Assembly (NCBI GenBank): GCA_903859265.1
Contig: CAIOLZ010000304.1
Location: 1-35,789 of the forward strand
DNA length: 35,789 nt
Direction of reading: 5' to 3'
Origin: an uncultured beta proteobacterium
GTDB lineage: Bacteria > Pseudomonadota > Gammaproteobacteria > Burkholderiales > Burkholderiaceae_C
Positions 27,488 to 35,698 of this stretch are shown piece after piece. The notes below the pieces were generated by a model that saw only the letters and a list, made by a program, of their open reading frames with translations, was not told where the DNA came from and ran no database searches. Made by a program: the position numbers and the translations under genes. Every line of letters starts with the position of its first letter. The first letter of the stretch is position 1.

Positions 27488-28327
27488 TCAGAAGATGCTT
27501 TCTTTGATGTAGAGCACGTCATCGGGCAACACCGTATCGGTCAGCAGCGGCTCGATGGGATGAACCTTCCCGTCGGCAGCCTTGCGGTGCAGACGCAACC
27601 GGCTTTCGCTGCCGCGGCTGGTCGGGCCGCCGCCCAGGGCAATGGCCTGCATCACGGTCATTTCGCGCTCAATGCGGTAGGCACCGGGACGCTGTGCTTC
27701 ACCATAGATGTAGAACACCGGTGCACGGTGTACATAAAGAGTGTCACCGCCTTGCAGCACCGTGTCTTTTCCGGCAGCACCCTGCAGGAAGATGGCGGGA
27801 ATATCAATCAGTTCACGAAATGCCTTTCCGTCACGGGTGCCGGTAAGAATGGCAATGTCGTCGCCACCTGGCACAACGCCGCCTGCATTGGCGAGCATGT
27901 CGCTAACCCGCGTGCCGGCGGCCTCCAGCGGGAAGCGCCCGGGCTTGGCCACTTGGCCGAGCACCGAGATCTGGTTGTTGCGCACCTGCACCAGGGAAAT
28001 GGTGACCTGCGGGTTCTGCATGAATCCGCCGCTTTTGAGTTGGCCCGAAATTTTGGTTTCGGCAGCGGATACCGACAGGCCATTGAGATCGACAGCGCCA
28101 ATCAGCGGGAAGGTAATGACGCCGTTTTCCGACAACCGGGTATCCATGCTCAGGTCCGGGTTCTGGAACACCTGTACATGGATCAGGTCGCCCGCACCGA
28201 GCGCGTAGTCCGCTCGGGATTGCGCAAAGCTGCTGCGCGGCAGCATGAGAATGCCGGCCAGGACAATGCTCAGTGCGAGCAGGGCGGTGGCAAAGACGCG
28301 GGGGATTGTGGGATGGTGTGGGGTCAT
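27488..28327 (-). CDS. epsE: Polysaccharide export protein EpsE (Wza/OPX family)
   Basis: DYALGAGDLIHVQVFQNPDL, SVLGQVAKPGRFPL, FYIYGEAQRPG, IKESIF; alternative GTG start at 28372. Confidence 0.9.
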   Translation of the reverse strand: MTPHHPTIPRVFATALLALSIVLAGILMLPRSSFAQSRADYALGAGDLIHVQVFQNPDLSMDTRLSENGVITFPLIGAVDLNGLSVSAAETKISGQLKSGGFMQNPQVTISLVQVRNNQISVLGQVAKPGRFPLEAAGTRVSDMLANAGGVVPGGDDIAILTGTRDGKAFRELIDIPAIFLQGAAGKDTVLQGGDTLYVHRAPVFYIYGEAQRPGAYRIEREMTVMQAIALGGGPTSRGSESRLRLHRKAADGKVHPIEPLLTDTVLPDDVLYIKESIF

Positions 28328-28371
28328 GGATAGGTTCCGATCAATGCGGGTGGAGGATTTGATTGCTTGCA

Positions 28372-29337
28372 CTACTTCAGAGCGGCAATGCCTTTTTCCA
28401 CGGTGCTGCTCACGCTGGCAGCTACCGTCGCGGACGTCTTGCTGTCGGTTGAAGCGTCTGCAGCACCGGTGCTTTGGGCGCTTTGCGCGAACTCGCCCAT
28501 ATAGACCACGCCGGCGGCGGCGCGCAGCGCCTTCATGTGCTCCGTGATGGCGTTCTCGATGCGCTGGGTGCTGAGAAACTGTTCGATGCGCGGCAGGGCC
28601 AGGGCTTTGGGTACGGGCTCTGTGCGGGAGCTCAGCAGGCGCAGGATCGTGGCCGAGGTTGGCGTGGAAAACACCAGATCCTGACCGTCCTGCAGTGCGT
28701 GCATGCGTGGCAGCAGGTCCATGGGAATCTGCTCCGCTGCGCGGCTGGTGGTCACCGGGGTGAAGCTGATTTGTTTGGCCTTGAGCCAGCCCGCTACTTC
28801 ATCCATGGACTTGTTGGACAGCGCCATGCTGTTGAACTGTTCCAGCACGGCAGCGCTGCGCGGCACCACAACTTCCTGCACCGTATAGATACGGCGCTCA
28901 GAAAACAGCGCCGGATGCTCATCAAAATATTTCACTGCGTCTTGCGGTGCAGGTTTGGGAAGGGTCAGGACATATTGCCGGACGAAGGCGTTGGCAAGCA
29001 CGGCGCTTTTGGCCGCTTCGATTTGCGCCATCACATCGGGGTCGCGGTTAAGTTTGGACGCCATGGCCTGGTTAACGGCAACCTGCTGATCAATCAGACC
29101 CTCAAGCACGTTGCGGCTCAACAATCGTTCCTGCTCCGGCGTAGTGGCACGGGCACTGCCGTGCGAAAGGGCTGCGTTGACCTGAAGCAAGGAAATTTCC
29201 TCGCTTCCAACCTTGGCAGCCACCTGGGTCGTGGGTTTGGGAGCATCCTTGTTGCTACAGGCTGCAAGGCCCAAAACGCCCGTTGCGAGCAGGGTGCCTA
29301 AAAGGACAGTGTTGGTCGATCGGTAAAACGAAGTCAT
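28372..29337 (-). CDS. epsD: EpsD-family peptidyl-prolyl isomerase-like lipoprotein
   Basis: Lipobox LAAC; QVAAKVGSEEIS, LEGLIDQQ, HPALFSERRIY, AAEQIPM, KGIAALK. Confidence 0.88.
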   Translation of the reverse strand: MTSFYRSTNTVLLGTLLATGVLGLAACSNKDAPKPTTQVAAKVGSEEISLLQVNAALSHGSARATTPEQERLLSRNVLEGLIDQQVAVNQAMASKLNRDPDVMAQIEAAKSAVLANAFVRQYVLTLPKPAPQDAVKYFDEHPALFSERRIYTVQEVVVPRSAAVLEQFNSMALSNKSMDEVAGWLKAKQISFTPVTTSRAAEQIPMDLLPRMHALQDGQDLVFSTPTSATILRLLSSRTEPVPKALALPRIEQFLSTQRIENAITEHMKALRAAAGVVYMGEFAQSAQSTGAADASTDSKTSATVAASVSSTVEKGIAALK

Positions 29338-29352
29338 GGTGGCGTTCTCTGT

Positions 29353-30519
29353 CTAGAAGCTCAATTGGGTGGACAAACTGATTTGCTGGCCGGTATAGCC
29401 CTGTCCTGCAAGGGTTGAGCTGTGTTCCTGCTGCTGCACTGCGGCGCTTACCTGCCAGCGCCTGCCGGCCATCCAGACCAGCGCCAGGCTGGTGTCATGG
29501 CTGCTGTCTTGGCGCACATTGGTGCTGTCCCCGGGCTGCACGCGAAAGCCCAGTTGCTCCAGCGTTTGGCGAAGTTGCAACTGGACCCAGTTGCCGATCT
29601 GCCAATTCACGCCCCAGTTCAGCGCATCGCGGGTCGTGAACAGTGCAGCGGGCTCCAGGTCAATGGAGAGTTCATGCAAATAGCCTGCGACCAAACTGCT
29701 GCGCTGCGTGATCGCCCAGTTGCCACTGGCGCCGTAGTTGAACCCGCTGAAATTGAGCTGTGTGTTGTACTGGTCAGTTCTGGAAATTTGCGTGATGTAG
29801 GCATCGGCGCTGGTGTCAGCGCGCAGCAACCAATGCAGACGCAAGTCCTCTTCCAATTGCCGGTAGCTGTCACCCGTCGCGGCAAATGCGGCGGTGCCGT
29901 CACTCAGGTAATTGCCGTTCACCGAGATAACACTCAGCCTGATCCAGCTGCCGGAAGAAAAGTCATACCGCAAGCCCAAATCTTCCGAGTTGCTTTGGGT
30001 GTCGGGGTTGCTGGGATCGGTGTATTGGCTGCTGTGCTTGTCCTGGCTGACCCCGGCGATCACGTGCCAGGGTCCGTCCACCTCGTATTGGGCGTCCGCG
30101 CTGTAGTGCGTCTGCGTCTGGCGGTTGGGGCCCGGGCCATAGATGGCGCTGGCGCGGGGCGTCTCGGCCTGCATGGCGTCCACATTGCCTGTCAGGCGCG
30201 GCGTGACGGCCCATTTCCAGCCTGCCGTGTAGTTGGCCTCGGTATGGTCCTGGTCGGTTTCGGTCTGGTACTGGTAGTTGTCGAAATGCGCGTCAACATC
30301 AAACGACTGCAAGCCCTGAAGGGTGTGGAACAGCAGACCGAGTTCGGCTTTGCCGACCTGGTCGGTCACAGTCCCTGCGGGATACCCCGTCTGGTCGCTT
30401 TCCACGGTGTAGGCAGCGGTCACGGTCAGTGGCGATGCGTCCTGCGCCGACACACCAGCGTGAAACAGGCATGTGAACAAGATCATGCCCAGCCGGCGCC
30501 CCATGGATACGGACATCAT
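29353..30519 (-). CDS. EPS-associated outer-membrane beta-barrel (EpsL-like)
   Basis: Signal peptide, alternating beta-strands, terminal Phe; TGATG coupling to upstream gene; located between epsB and epsD. Confidence 0.75.
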   Translation of the reverse strand: MMSVSMGRRLGMILFTCLFHAGVSAQDASPLTVTAAYTVESDQTGYPAGTVTDQVGKAELGLLFHTLQGLQSFDVDAHFDNYQYQTETDQDHTEANYTAGWKWAVTPRLTGNVDAMQAETPRASAIYGPGPNRQTQTHYSADAQYEVDGPWHVIAGVSQDKHSSQYTDPSNPDTQSNSEDLGLRYDFSSGSWIRLSVISVNGNYLSDGTAAFAATGDSYRQLEEDLRLHWLLRADTSADAYITQISRTDQYNTQLNFSGFNYGASGNWAITQRSSLVAGYLHELSIDLEPAALFTTRDALNWGVNWQIGNWVQLQLRQTLEQLGFRVQPGDSTNVRQDSSHDTSLALVWMAGRRWQVSAAVQQQEHSSTLAGQGYTGQQISLSTQLSF

Positions 30520-31937
30520 CAATAGGCCTTTCGGTCGTGAAGCACCAGCAAGATGGTGCGAAAAATGATCTTGACGTCCAGCGCCAGGGACCAGTGGCGC
30601 AGATAGTCCAGGTCGCAGTCGATGCGCCCCTGCATCTTGTCCAGGGTATCGGTCTCGCCGCGAAAGCCGCTGATCTGGGCCCAACCGGTGATGCCCGGCT
30701 TGACTTTGTGGCGCACCATATAGCCCTTGATCTGCTTGCGGTAAAACTCGTTGTGTGCAACGGCGTGGGGGCGCGGTCCGACAATGCTCATGCGGCCTTG
30801 CAATACGTTGAAAAATTGCGGCAACTCGTCAAGCGAAGTGCGGCGCAGGAAGGCGCCCAGCGGTGTTATGCGTGCATCGCTGCGCCTGGCCTGAACGACT
30901 GTGGCGCCGTCCTCGCTGACCCTCATGGAGCGGAACTTGTAAACCACAATTTCCTGGCCATCGAGGCCGTAGCGGCGCTGCTTAAAAAGTACCGGACCAT
31001 GCATGCTGAACTTGATGGCCACGGCAATGCCGAGCAAGACGGGGGATATCAGCAACAGAATCAGCGTCGAAAAAACAATATCGCTGGCGCGTTTGACGAG
31101 ACCGTCCAGCCCGGTGAAAGGTGTTTCGCAAACCGCTATCACGGCGGTATCGCAGACTGCACAGGCGTGGCCCTGTATCAGGTCGGTCACGAACATGTCG
31201 GGCACAAAGTAAATGGATGCAGTGGTGTCCTTGAGCGCATCGAGCGCCTGCATGATGCGGGGTTGTGAACTCATGGGTAACGACAGGTAGATCAGTTGCA
31301 CGCGCTGGGTATGCACCAGCGCGGCGAGTTGTTCCATGGTTCCGAGAAACTGCATGTCCGGGTATTGCAGCCGCTGCGGACTGCGACTGTCCACAAATCC
31401 CAATAGCTCGATATGTGACAGCGGGGATGCGGTGAGCCGCCTCCCAAACGCCATGGCCTGTGCGTTGATGCCCACCAGAATGGCGCGTTGGCGCGGCCCC
31501 TGCAGACGCAGTACCCCGGGCGCCGCAACCCGCATCAGCAGACTGATGCCGATTTCGGCCACCGGCGCAGCCCATAGCCAGGTCTTCAGTACAGTTTTCG
31601 GGAATTCTGCAATGGTGTTGCTGGCATAGCCTGCGAAGAGAAACAGGGTCATGATCCAGAGCCAGTTGATCACCACGTTGATGACCAATTGGCCAACCGA
31701 TGATTGCAGTGTCTTCTGGCCGGGAAAGGTGAGTGCGAACACCAGGATGCAAAGGATCCAGTACTGCGGACCCAGGGGGTCGCCCTGCAACATGGCAATC
31801 ACCAGCAGCGACGTGATCAGTGCTACAGGACACAGTAGCGAGTCCAGAAGCCCCAAAAGATCGCCCGAACCAAAAGACATCGGCTGACTTACGCCCATGC
31901 GGGAGACCGAACTCGCAGGAACTTCGACTTTAAGCAT
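30519..31937 (-). CDS. Undecaprenyl-phosphate glucose-1-phosphate transferase (WcaJ/GumD/EpsB)
   Basis: KRASDI, GPVLFKQRRYG, YKFRSM, LRRTSLDELPQFFNVLQGRMSIVGPRPHA, VKPGITGWAQ, WSLALD. Confidence 0.95.
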   Translation of the reverse strand: MLKVEVPASSVSRMGVSQPMSFGSGDLLGLLDSLLCPVALITSLLVIAMLQGDPLGPQYWILCILVFALTFPGQKTLQSSVGQLVINVVINWLWIMTLFLFAGYASNTIAEFPKTVLKTWLWAAPVAEIGISLLMRVAAPGVLRLQGPRQRAILVGINAQAMAFGRRLTASPLSHIELLGFVDSRSPQRLQYPDMQFLGTMEQLAALVHTQRVQLIYLSLPMSSQPRIMQALDALKDTTASIYFVPDMFVTDLIQGHACAVCDTAVIAVCETPFTGLDGLVKRASDIVFSTLILLLISPVLLGIAVAIKFSMHGPVLFKQRRYGLDGQEIVVYKFRSMRVSEDGATVVQARRSDARITPLGAFLRRTSLDELPQFFNVLQGRMSIVGPRPHAVAHNEFYRKQIKGYMVRHKVKPGITGWAQISGFRGETDTLDKMQGRIDCDLDYLRHWSLALDVKIIFRTILLVLHDRKAY

Positions 31938-32775
31938 CGCGGTTCAGAACCGCGACTGCCTGGGCGCGATTGCTTACATTGAGTTTCCGGAATATCCGCT
32001 GCACATTGTTTTTGACGGTGTAGAGGCTGAGTTCGAGGATGCTGGCGATCTCGTCGTTGGTCTTGCCCATGGCAATCCAGTGCAGGATTTCCCGCTCGCG
32101 CGCAGACAGCAGACGTTCCAGTGAAAACCGTTGGTAAAGACCACCCCGCCCAACCGACTGGTGCGGCAAATGCTCTACCTGTCGCAGGGCGTGGTCTATA
32201 TAGGGCAGGACTTGTGTCAGGGTTTTGCAGGCCGCCTCCATGAAGACTTCCTGGGCAGAAAAAACGACATAGAGGCAGTCGTAGCTCCCGCGTTCATCTT
32301 TGATACCGTGGGTGAGTGCGCTGTGCATGCCATGCAGCGCATCAGCGAGGGCGTGATCCCGGGAATTGGGTGTCAGCAGCGTATCGACGTCACTGCCGGC
32401 GCTGACAAACGCTTTTTTTCCATGTTCCAGCCAGCGCGCGTACAGGCGCACGAGCAGGGGTGTCACGATGAAGTCGTTGGCGATATCCGAGCGAATGCCG
32501 CTGACGATGGAGACGATGTCGTGCTGGATATTGCCGGTGACAAAGTCCCCCCAGGCGGCAATCAGAATTCCGTGCGGCAGGTAGCGCTGCATGTCCCCCT
32601 GTAACCAGACAAGGACCTCGAGGTGGCTGCGCAACTTGACCGAATGGGCAAGGGTCCGCTGGTACCGGGTGAGGTCGTCAAGGCTCCACTGCTCTTGAAC
32701 CGAAGCAGATACAGCCGGGGGAACCTCCAGGGCTGGAGCAGAAGGGGCAACAGTGGCTATGGATGGGTATGTCAA
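31930..32775 (-). CDS. epsA: LuxR-type XrtB/PEP-CTERM-associated regulator EpsA
   Basis: WLQGDMQRYLPH.ILIAAWGDF, LPYID.ALRQV, LSAREREILHWIAMGKTNDEIA, TVKNNVQRIFRKLNVSNRAQAV; exact start uncertain. Confidence 0.88.
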   Translation of the reverse strand: MTYPSIATVAPSAPALEVPPAVSASVQEQWSLDDLTRYQRTLAHSVKLRSHLEVLVWLQGDMQRYLPHGILIAAWGDFVTGNIQHDIVSIVSGIRSDIANDFIVTPLLVRLYARWLEHGKKAFVSAGSDVDTLLTPNSRDHALADALHGMHSALTHGIKDERGSYDCLYVVFSAQEVFMEAACKTLTQVLPYIDHALRQVEHLPHQSVGRGGLYQRFSLERLLSAREREILHWIAMGKTNDEIASILELSLYTVKNNVQRIFRKLNVSNRAQAVAVLNRDA

Positions 32776-32835
32776 CGCGCTTACCTATGATTGAACTGGC
32801 CAAAGGAGTGTCGGCCGGCCGGTTTAATCTTGTCT

Positions 32836-32849
32836 GTTGTGCTACGCAC
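32836..32849 (-). promoter_or_regulatory. Degenerate candidate box in epsA / nucleotidyltransferase divergent gap
   Basis: gtct-GTTGT-GCTA-CGCAC; two mismatches; -10-like GACACT (minus) at 32812-32807, 23-bp spacing. Confidence 0.35.
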
Positions 32850-32951
32850 ATACAGCGCAGCCCGATGCCATCGAACATCATCAGCTTGCGACGTCATCTT
32901 GCGGTGTGCCTTCTGCGCCGCGGTGGCCAACCCGCATCAGGGGAGTGAGGG

Positions 32952-34073
32952 ATGGTCAAGGCAATGATTCTGGCGGCCGGTCAAGGAACGCGGGTGCGAC
33001 CGCTGACGCGTGATATGCCCAAGCCCATGATCCCTATTCTGGGAAAGCCGGTGATGGAATATCTCATCGAACACATGGCCGGCCACGGTGTCCGGGAGAT
33101 TATGGTGAACGTGGCCTACCACTACCAAAAGATCGAGGAATACTTTGGCAACGGCAGCCGTTGGGGTGTTGAAATCGGCTATTCCTACGAGGGCGTTTGT
33201 GACCACGGCGATATCCTTCCACGCCCTTTGGGGTCGGCGGGCGGCATGCGCCACATTCAGGACTTCAGCGGCTTTTTTGACACCACCACGCTGGTCCTCT
33301 GTGCGGATGCGCTGATCGATCTCGACATCACGGCAGCGGTCGCGGAACACCACCAAAAAGGGGCTATGGCAAGCGTGGTGGCACTGAATGTTGCCCGTGA
33401 AGATGTTGCGTCTTACGGTGTGGTTCTGGCGGACGGCGACGGACGCATCGCATCGTTCCAGGAAAAGCCGAGTCCGCAGGAGGCCCGCTCGACCCTGGCC
33501 AGCACCGGCATCTATATTTTTGAGCCCTCGGTGCTCGATTGCATACCTTTGGACAGTGTCTATGACATTGGTTCGCAGCTATTTCCTACATTGGTCGCAG
33601 AACGCAGACCTTTTTACGTTCAGAACCGGGATTTTCACTGGATTGATATCGGCCGGGTGAGCGACTACTGGAGCGTCTTGCAACGTGTGCTGCGGGGGGA
33701 GATCCGCAATATGGGTATGCCAGGCAGAGAAGTAAGGCCCGGCGTCTGGGTCGGCCTCAATGTATCCATTGCCTGGGAAACGGTGACGGTTACCGGACCG
33801 GTCTATATCGGATCCAGCGTGCGTCTGGAACCCGGCGCCGTCGTTGAGGGGCCGAGCTGGATCGGGCATGGTTGCGTGATCAAGGCAGGTGCGCGTGTGC
33901 ACAGGAGTATTCTTTTTGAATACGTGCGCATTGCCCCGGCTATGCAGGTGATTGACATGATTGTTTCGCGCCAGTACTGCGTGGATTGTCATGGCACAAC
34001 GGTGTACCGCGGGGATGATGAAACATTACTGCGCTGGGGAGATGCGCGGGTTGATGGCTCCCATCGCGATTGA
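32952..34073 (+). CDS. NDP-sugar pyrophosphorylase, CugP-like (usually annotated mannose-1-phosphate guanylyltransferase)
   Basis: KAMILAAGQGTRVRPLT..MPKPMIPILGKPVME, GSAGGM..IQDFSGFFDTT, FQEKP, W.DIG, C-terminal left-handed beta-helix repeats. Confidence 0.85.
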   Translation: MVKAMILAAGQGTRVRPLTRDMPKPMIPILGKPVMEYLIEHMAGHGVREIMVNVAYHYQKIEEYFGNGSRWGVEIGYSYEGVCDHGDILPRPLGSAGGMRHIQDFSGFFDTTTLVLCADALIDLDITAAVAEHHQKGAMASVVALNVAREDVASYGVVLADGDGRIASFQEKPSPQEARSTLASTGIYIFEPSVLDCIPLDSVYDIGSQLFPTLVAERRPFYVQNRDFHWIDIGRVSDYWSVLQRVLRGEIRNMGMPGREVRPGVWVGLNVSIAWETVTVTGPVYIGSSVRLEPGAVVEGPSWIGHGCVIKAGARVHRSILFEYVRIAPAMQVIDMIVSRQYCVDCHGTTVYRGDDETLLRWGDARVDGSHRD

Positions 34074-34129
34074 AGAACAGGCACCCTGATTTCGATCCGG
34101 ATGCCTGTCACAGCGGTCACTACAACTGC

Positions 34130-34783
34130 TCAGCGTTGCTGATTCTTGCGACGGCGAATGATAGTTCCTACCATGCCCAGACCTGCCAGCAGCATTGCAT
34201 AGGACTCAGGTTCCGGAACAGCGGTTGCAAAACCTGCTGCATTGGAACCGTAACCATCAAGAATACCGAAGTTGCCGGCGGTGTATGCGGTCGCATTGGT
34301 CGCAATGATCTCCGTGAAGCTGGTGGTACCAGGATTGACTTTTGAATTTCCGTTGGGCACGAAGTTGATACCGATCACACCCAGGGAAGTGCGATCGGCG
34401 TAATCCGCCGCTTCGGTTCCGGCGGCAAAAATACCACCGATCGCGGCACCCGTCTGAAAGACGTTGACTGGAGTAGCACCCAAACTTAAAAAGTTATATC
34501 CCGTGAACCGCTCAATACCGTTGAGCGAACTCGCATTGTTCGTGAACTGGTATAAAAAATCCAGACCGGTTGCGGTGGAATAAACGGCAGAGGTAGCCGT
34601 TCCGCTATAACTTGCGTTACTGATAAGCGTGGTTGCCGAATCCAGCAAAGTGCCCGCAAACGGCGTTGTGAGAATATCGATGTTGGTTGTCGGCACGTTG
34701 GTAACCAGACTGGTTGCCTGCGCGGCACCAATGGCTGCGAGCAGCGCAACTGCCAACACTGTTTTCCTGGGCGTGAATTTCAT
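34130..34783 (-). CDS. PEP-CTERM sorting-domain surface protein
   Basis: Signal peptide, T/S/N/G-rich body, VPEPESYAMLLAGLGMVGTIIRRRK; GGAGA RBS. Confidence 0.95.
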   Translation of the reverse strand: MKFTPRKTVLAVALLAAIGAAQATSLVTNVPTTNIDILTTPFAGTLLDSATTLISNASYSGTATSAVYSTATGLDFLYQFTNNASSLNGIERFTGYNFLSLGATPVNVFQTGAAIGGIFAAGTEAADYADRTSLGVIGINFVPNGNSKVNPGTTSFTEIIATNATAYTAGNFGILDGYGSNAAGFATAVPEPESYAMLLAGLGMVGTIIRRRKNQQR

Positions 34784-34984
34784 ATGAATCTCCATGGGTT
34801 GACGTGAATAAAGCAATGAAACCTGATTGCTTCTTTGCTCCCTCAGAGGCTATTGGATGGCACGTTTTAGATTCGTACGATAAGACACGCAACATCTATT
34901 TGACTAATTCAGATATCCGGAAGCATCACTTGGCCTGTGCCCGGTCATCGTGAATACGGCTGGTCTGCGAGCCAGTCTTTTTAA

Positions 34985-34998
34985 GCGGGTCAACGTAC
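34985..34998 (+). promoter_or_regulatory. Degenerate box; -10-like AAAAAT at 35021-35026
   Basis: GCGGG-TCAA-CGTAC-ATAC; 22-bp spacing; upstream of ORF 35074. Confidence 0.45.
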
Positions 34999-35073
34999 AT
35001 ACTTTAGTGGCCTGGTCAAAAAAAATAAAGCATCACTCAAAGCTGAAATCGGTCCGAAGGATTTAACTACCAA

Positions 35074-35307
35074 ATGGCTATGGATACTATTGGCGACTAT
35101 GTAAGGCGAAGTTCAGAGCCGGATGAATCGGATATTCAAAAAAAAATATCCCAGCTGCGTTTCAAGGCGGTGAAGCATGAAACGGAGTCCTCACGGCTGG
35201 CGCGTCTGGGAGACCACCACAAAGCGGCCTACCATGCCGGCATCGCACGCATGAATAACCGCGCAGCCCAAAGCCTAGAACAGGAAAGTGCAGACGCCGC
35301 ACACTGA
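35074..35307 (+). CDS. Hypothetical 77-aa protein
   Basis: ATG ORF filling an intergenic gap, AAGGA upstream, preceded by a candidate box; no family recognised. Confidence 0.45.
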   Translation: MAMDTIGDYVRRSSEPDESDIQKKISQLRFKAVKHETESSRLARLGDHHKAAYHAGIARMNNRAAQSLEQESADAAH

Positions 35308-35397
35308 CCTTGGCGGTCAATGTGCGGCCAGACTACCCAAGCGCACATGGCGCGCTAAACGGTGGCGTTGTTTTTGCCCGGGAAGTCGCGGGGCCAG

Positions 35398-35556
35398 TCA
35401 GAGTCTGCCCATCAGCAGAAGTATCACGATGATGAACAACAGGAAACCCACGCCTCCGGTTGGTCCATATCCCCAGGATTGGCTGTGCGGCCAGGCCGGG
35501 AAGACACCAATGAGCATCAATACCAAAACGATGAAGAGAATAGTTCCAAGGCCCAT
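35398..35556 (-). CDS. DUF3309 family small membrane protein
   Basis: MGLGTILFIVLVLMLIGVFPAWPHSQSWGYGPTGGVGFLLFIIVILLLMGRL, the family signature; GGGAGA RBS. Confidence 0.92.
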   Translation of the reverse strand: MGLGTILFIVLVLMLIGVFPAWPHSQSWGYGPTGGVGFLLFIIVILLLMGRL

Positions 35557-35635
35557 GAATGTCTCCCGTTGAGTGGATGCCGTTGGGTGGTTGAACACCG
35601 TTTGGTCAGCTTAGTCAATTGCTGTGTGCGGCTCT

Positions 35636-35649
35636 GTGCGCTGGCGAAC
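35636..35649 (-). promoter_or_regulatory. GTNCG-N4-CGNAC box driving DUF3309; -10 TAAGCT at 35613-35608
   Basis: Plus-strand GTGCG-CTGG-CGAAC; 22 bp to the hexamer. Confidence 0.8.
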
Positions 35650-35684
35650 TTCTGAGCCTTATTCGTTTTGGGGGGACATACAGA

Positions 35685-35698
35685 GAGCGTCATCGTAC
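35685..35698 (+). promoter_or_regulatory. GTNCG-N4-CGNAC box driving rightward promoter; -10-like CACACT at 35721-35726
   Basis: GAGCG-TCAT-CGTAC-GGAC; 22 bp to the hexamer. Confidence 0.65.

Noticed and set aside
8490-33992. Many 100-430 aa antisense or alternate-frame ORFs (e.g. 21441-22721, 14817-15923, 19220-20260, 29422-30525)
   Set aside because: Shadow ORFs expected from high-GC codon bias opposite well-supported genes; no recognisable domains.
34858-34875. TGGCAC sigma-54 -24-like element near the PEP-CTERM gene
   Set aside because: Wrong strand for that gene and no TTGC at -12.
35668-35684. CATACAGA half-site between the two right-end boxes
   Set aside because: Left half (TTGGG) is poor and there is no convincing -10 at the standard spacing.
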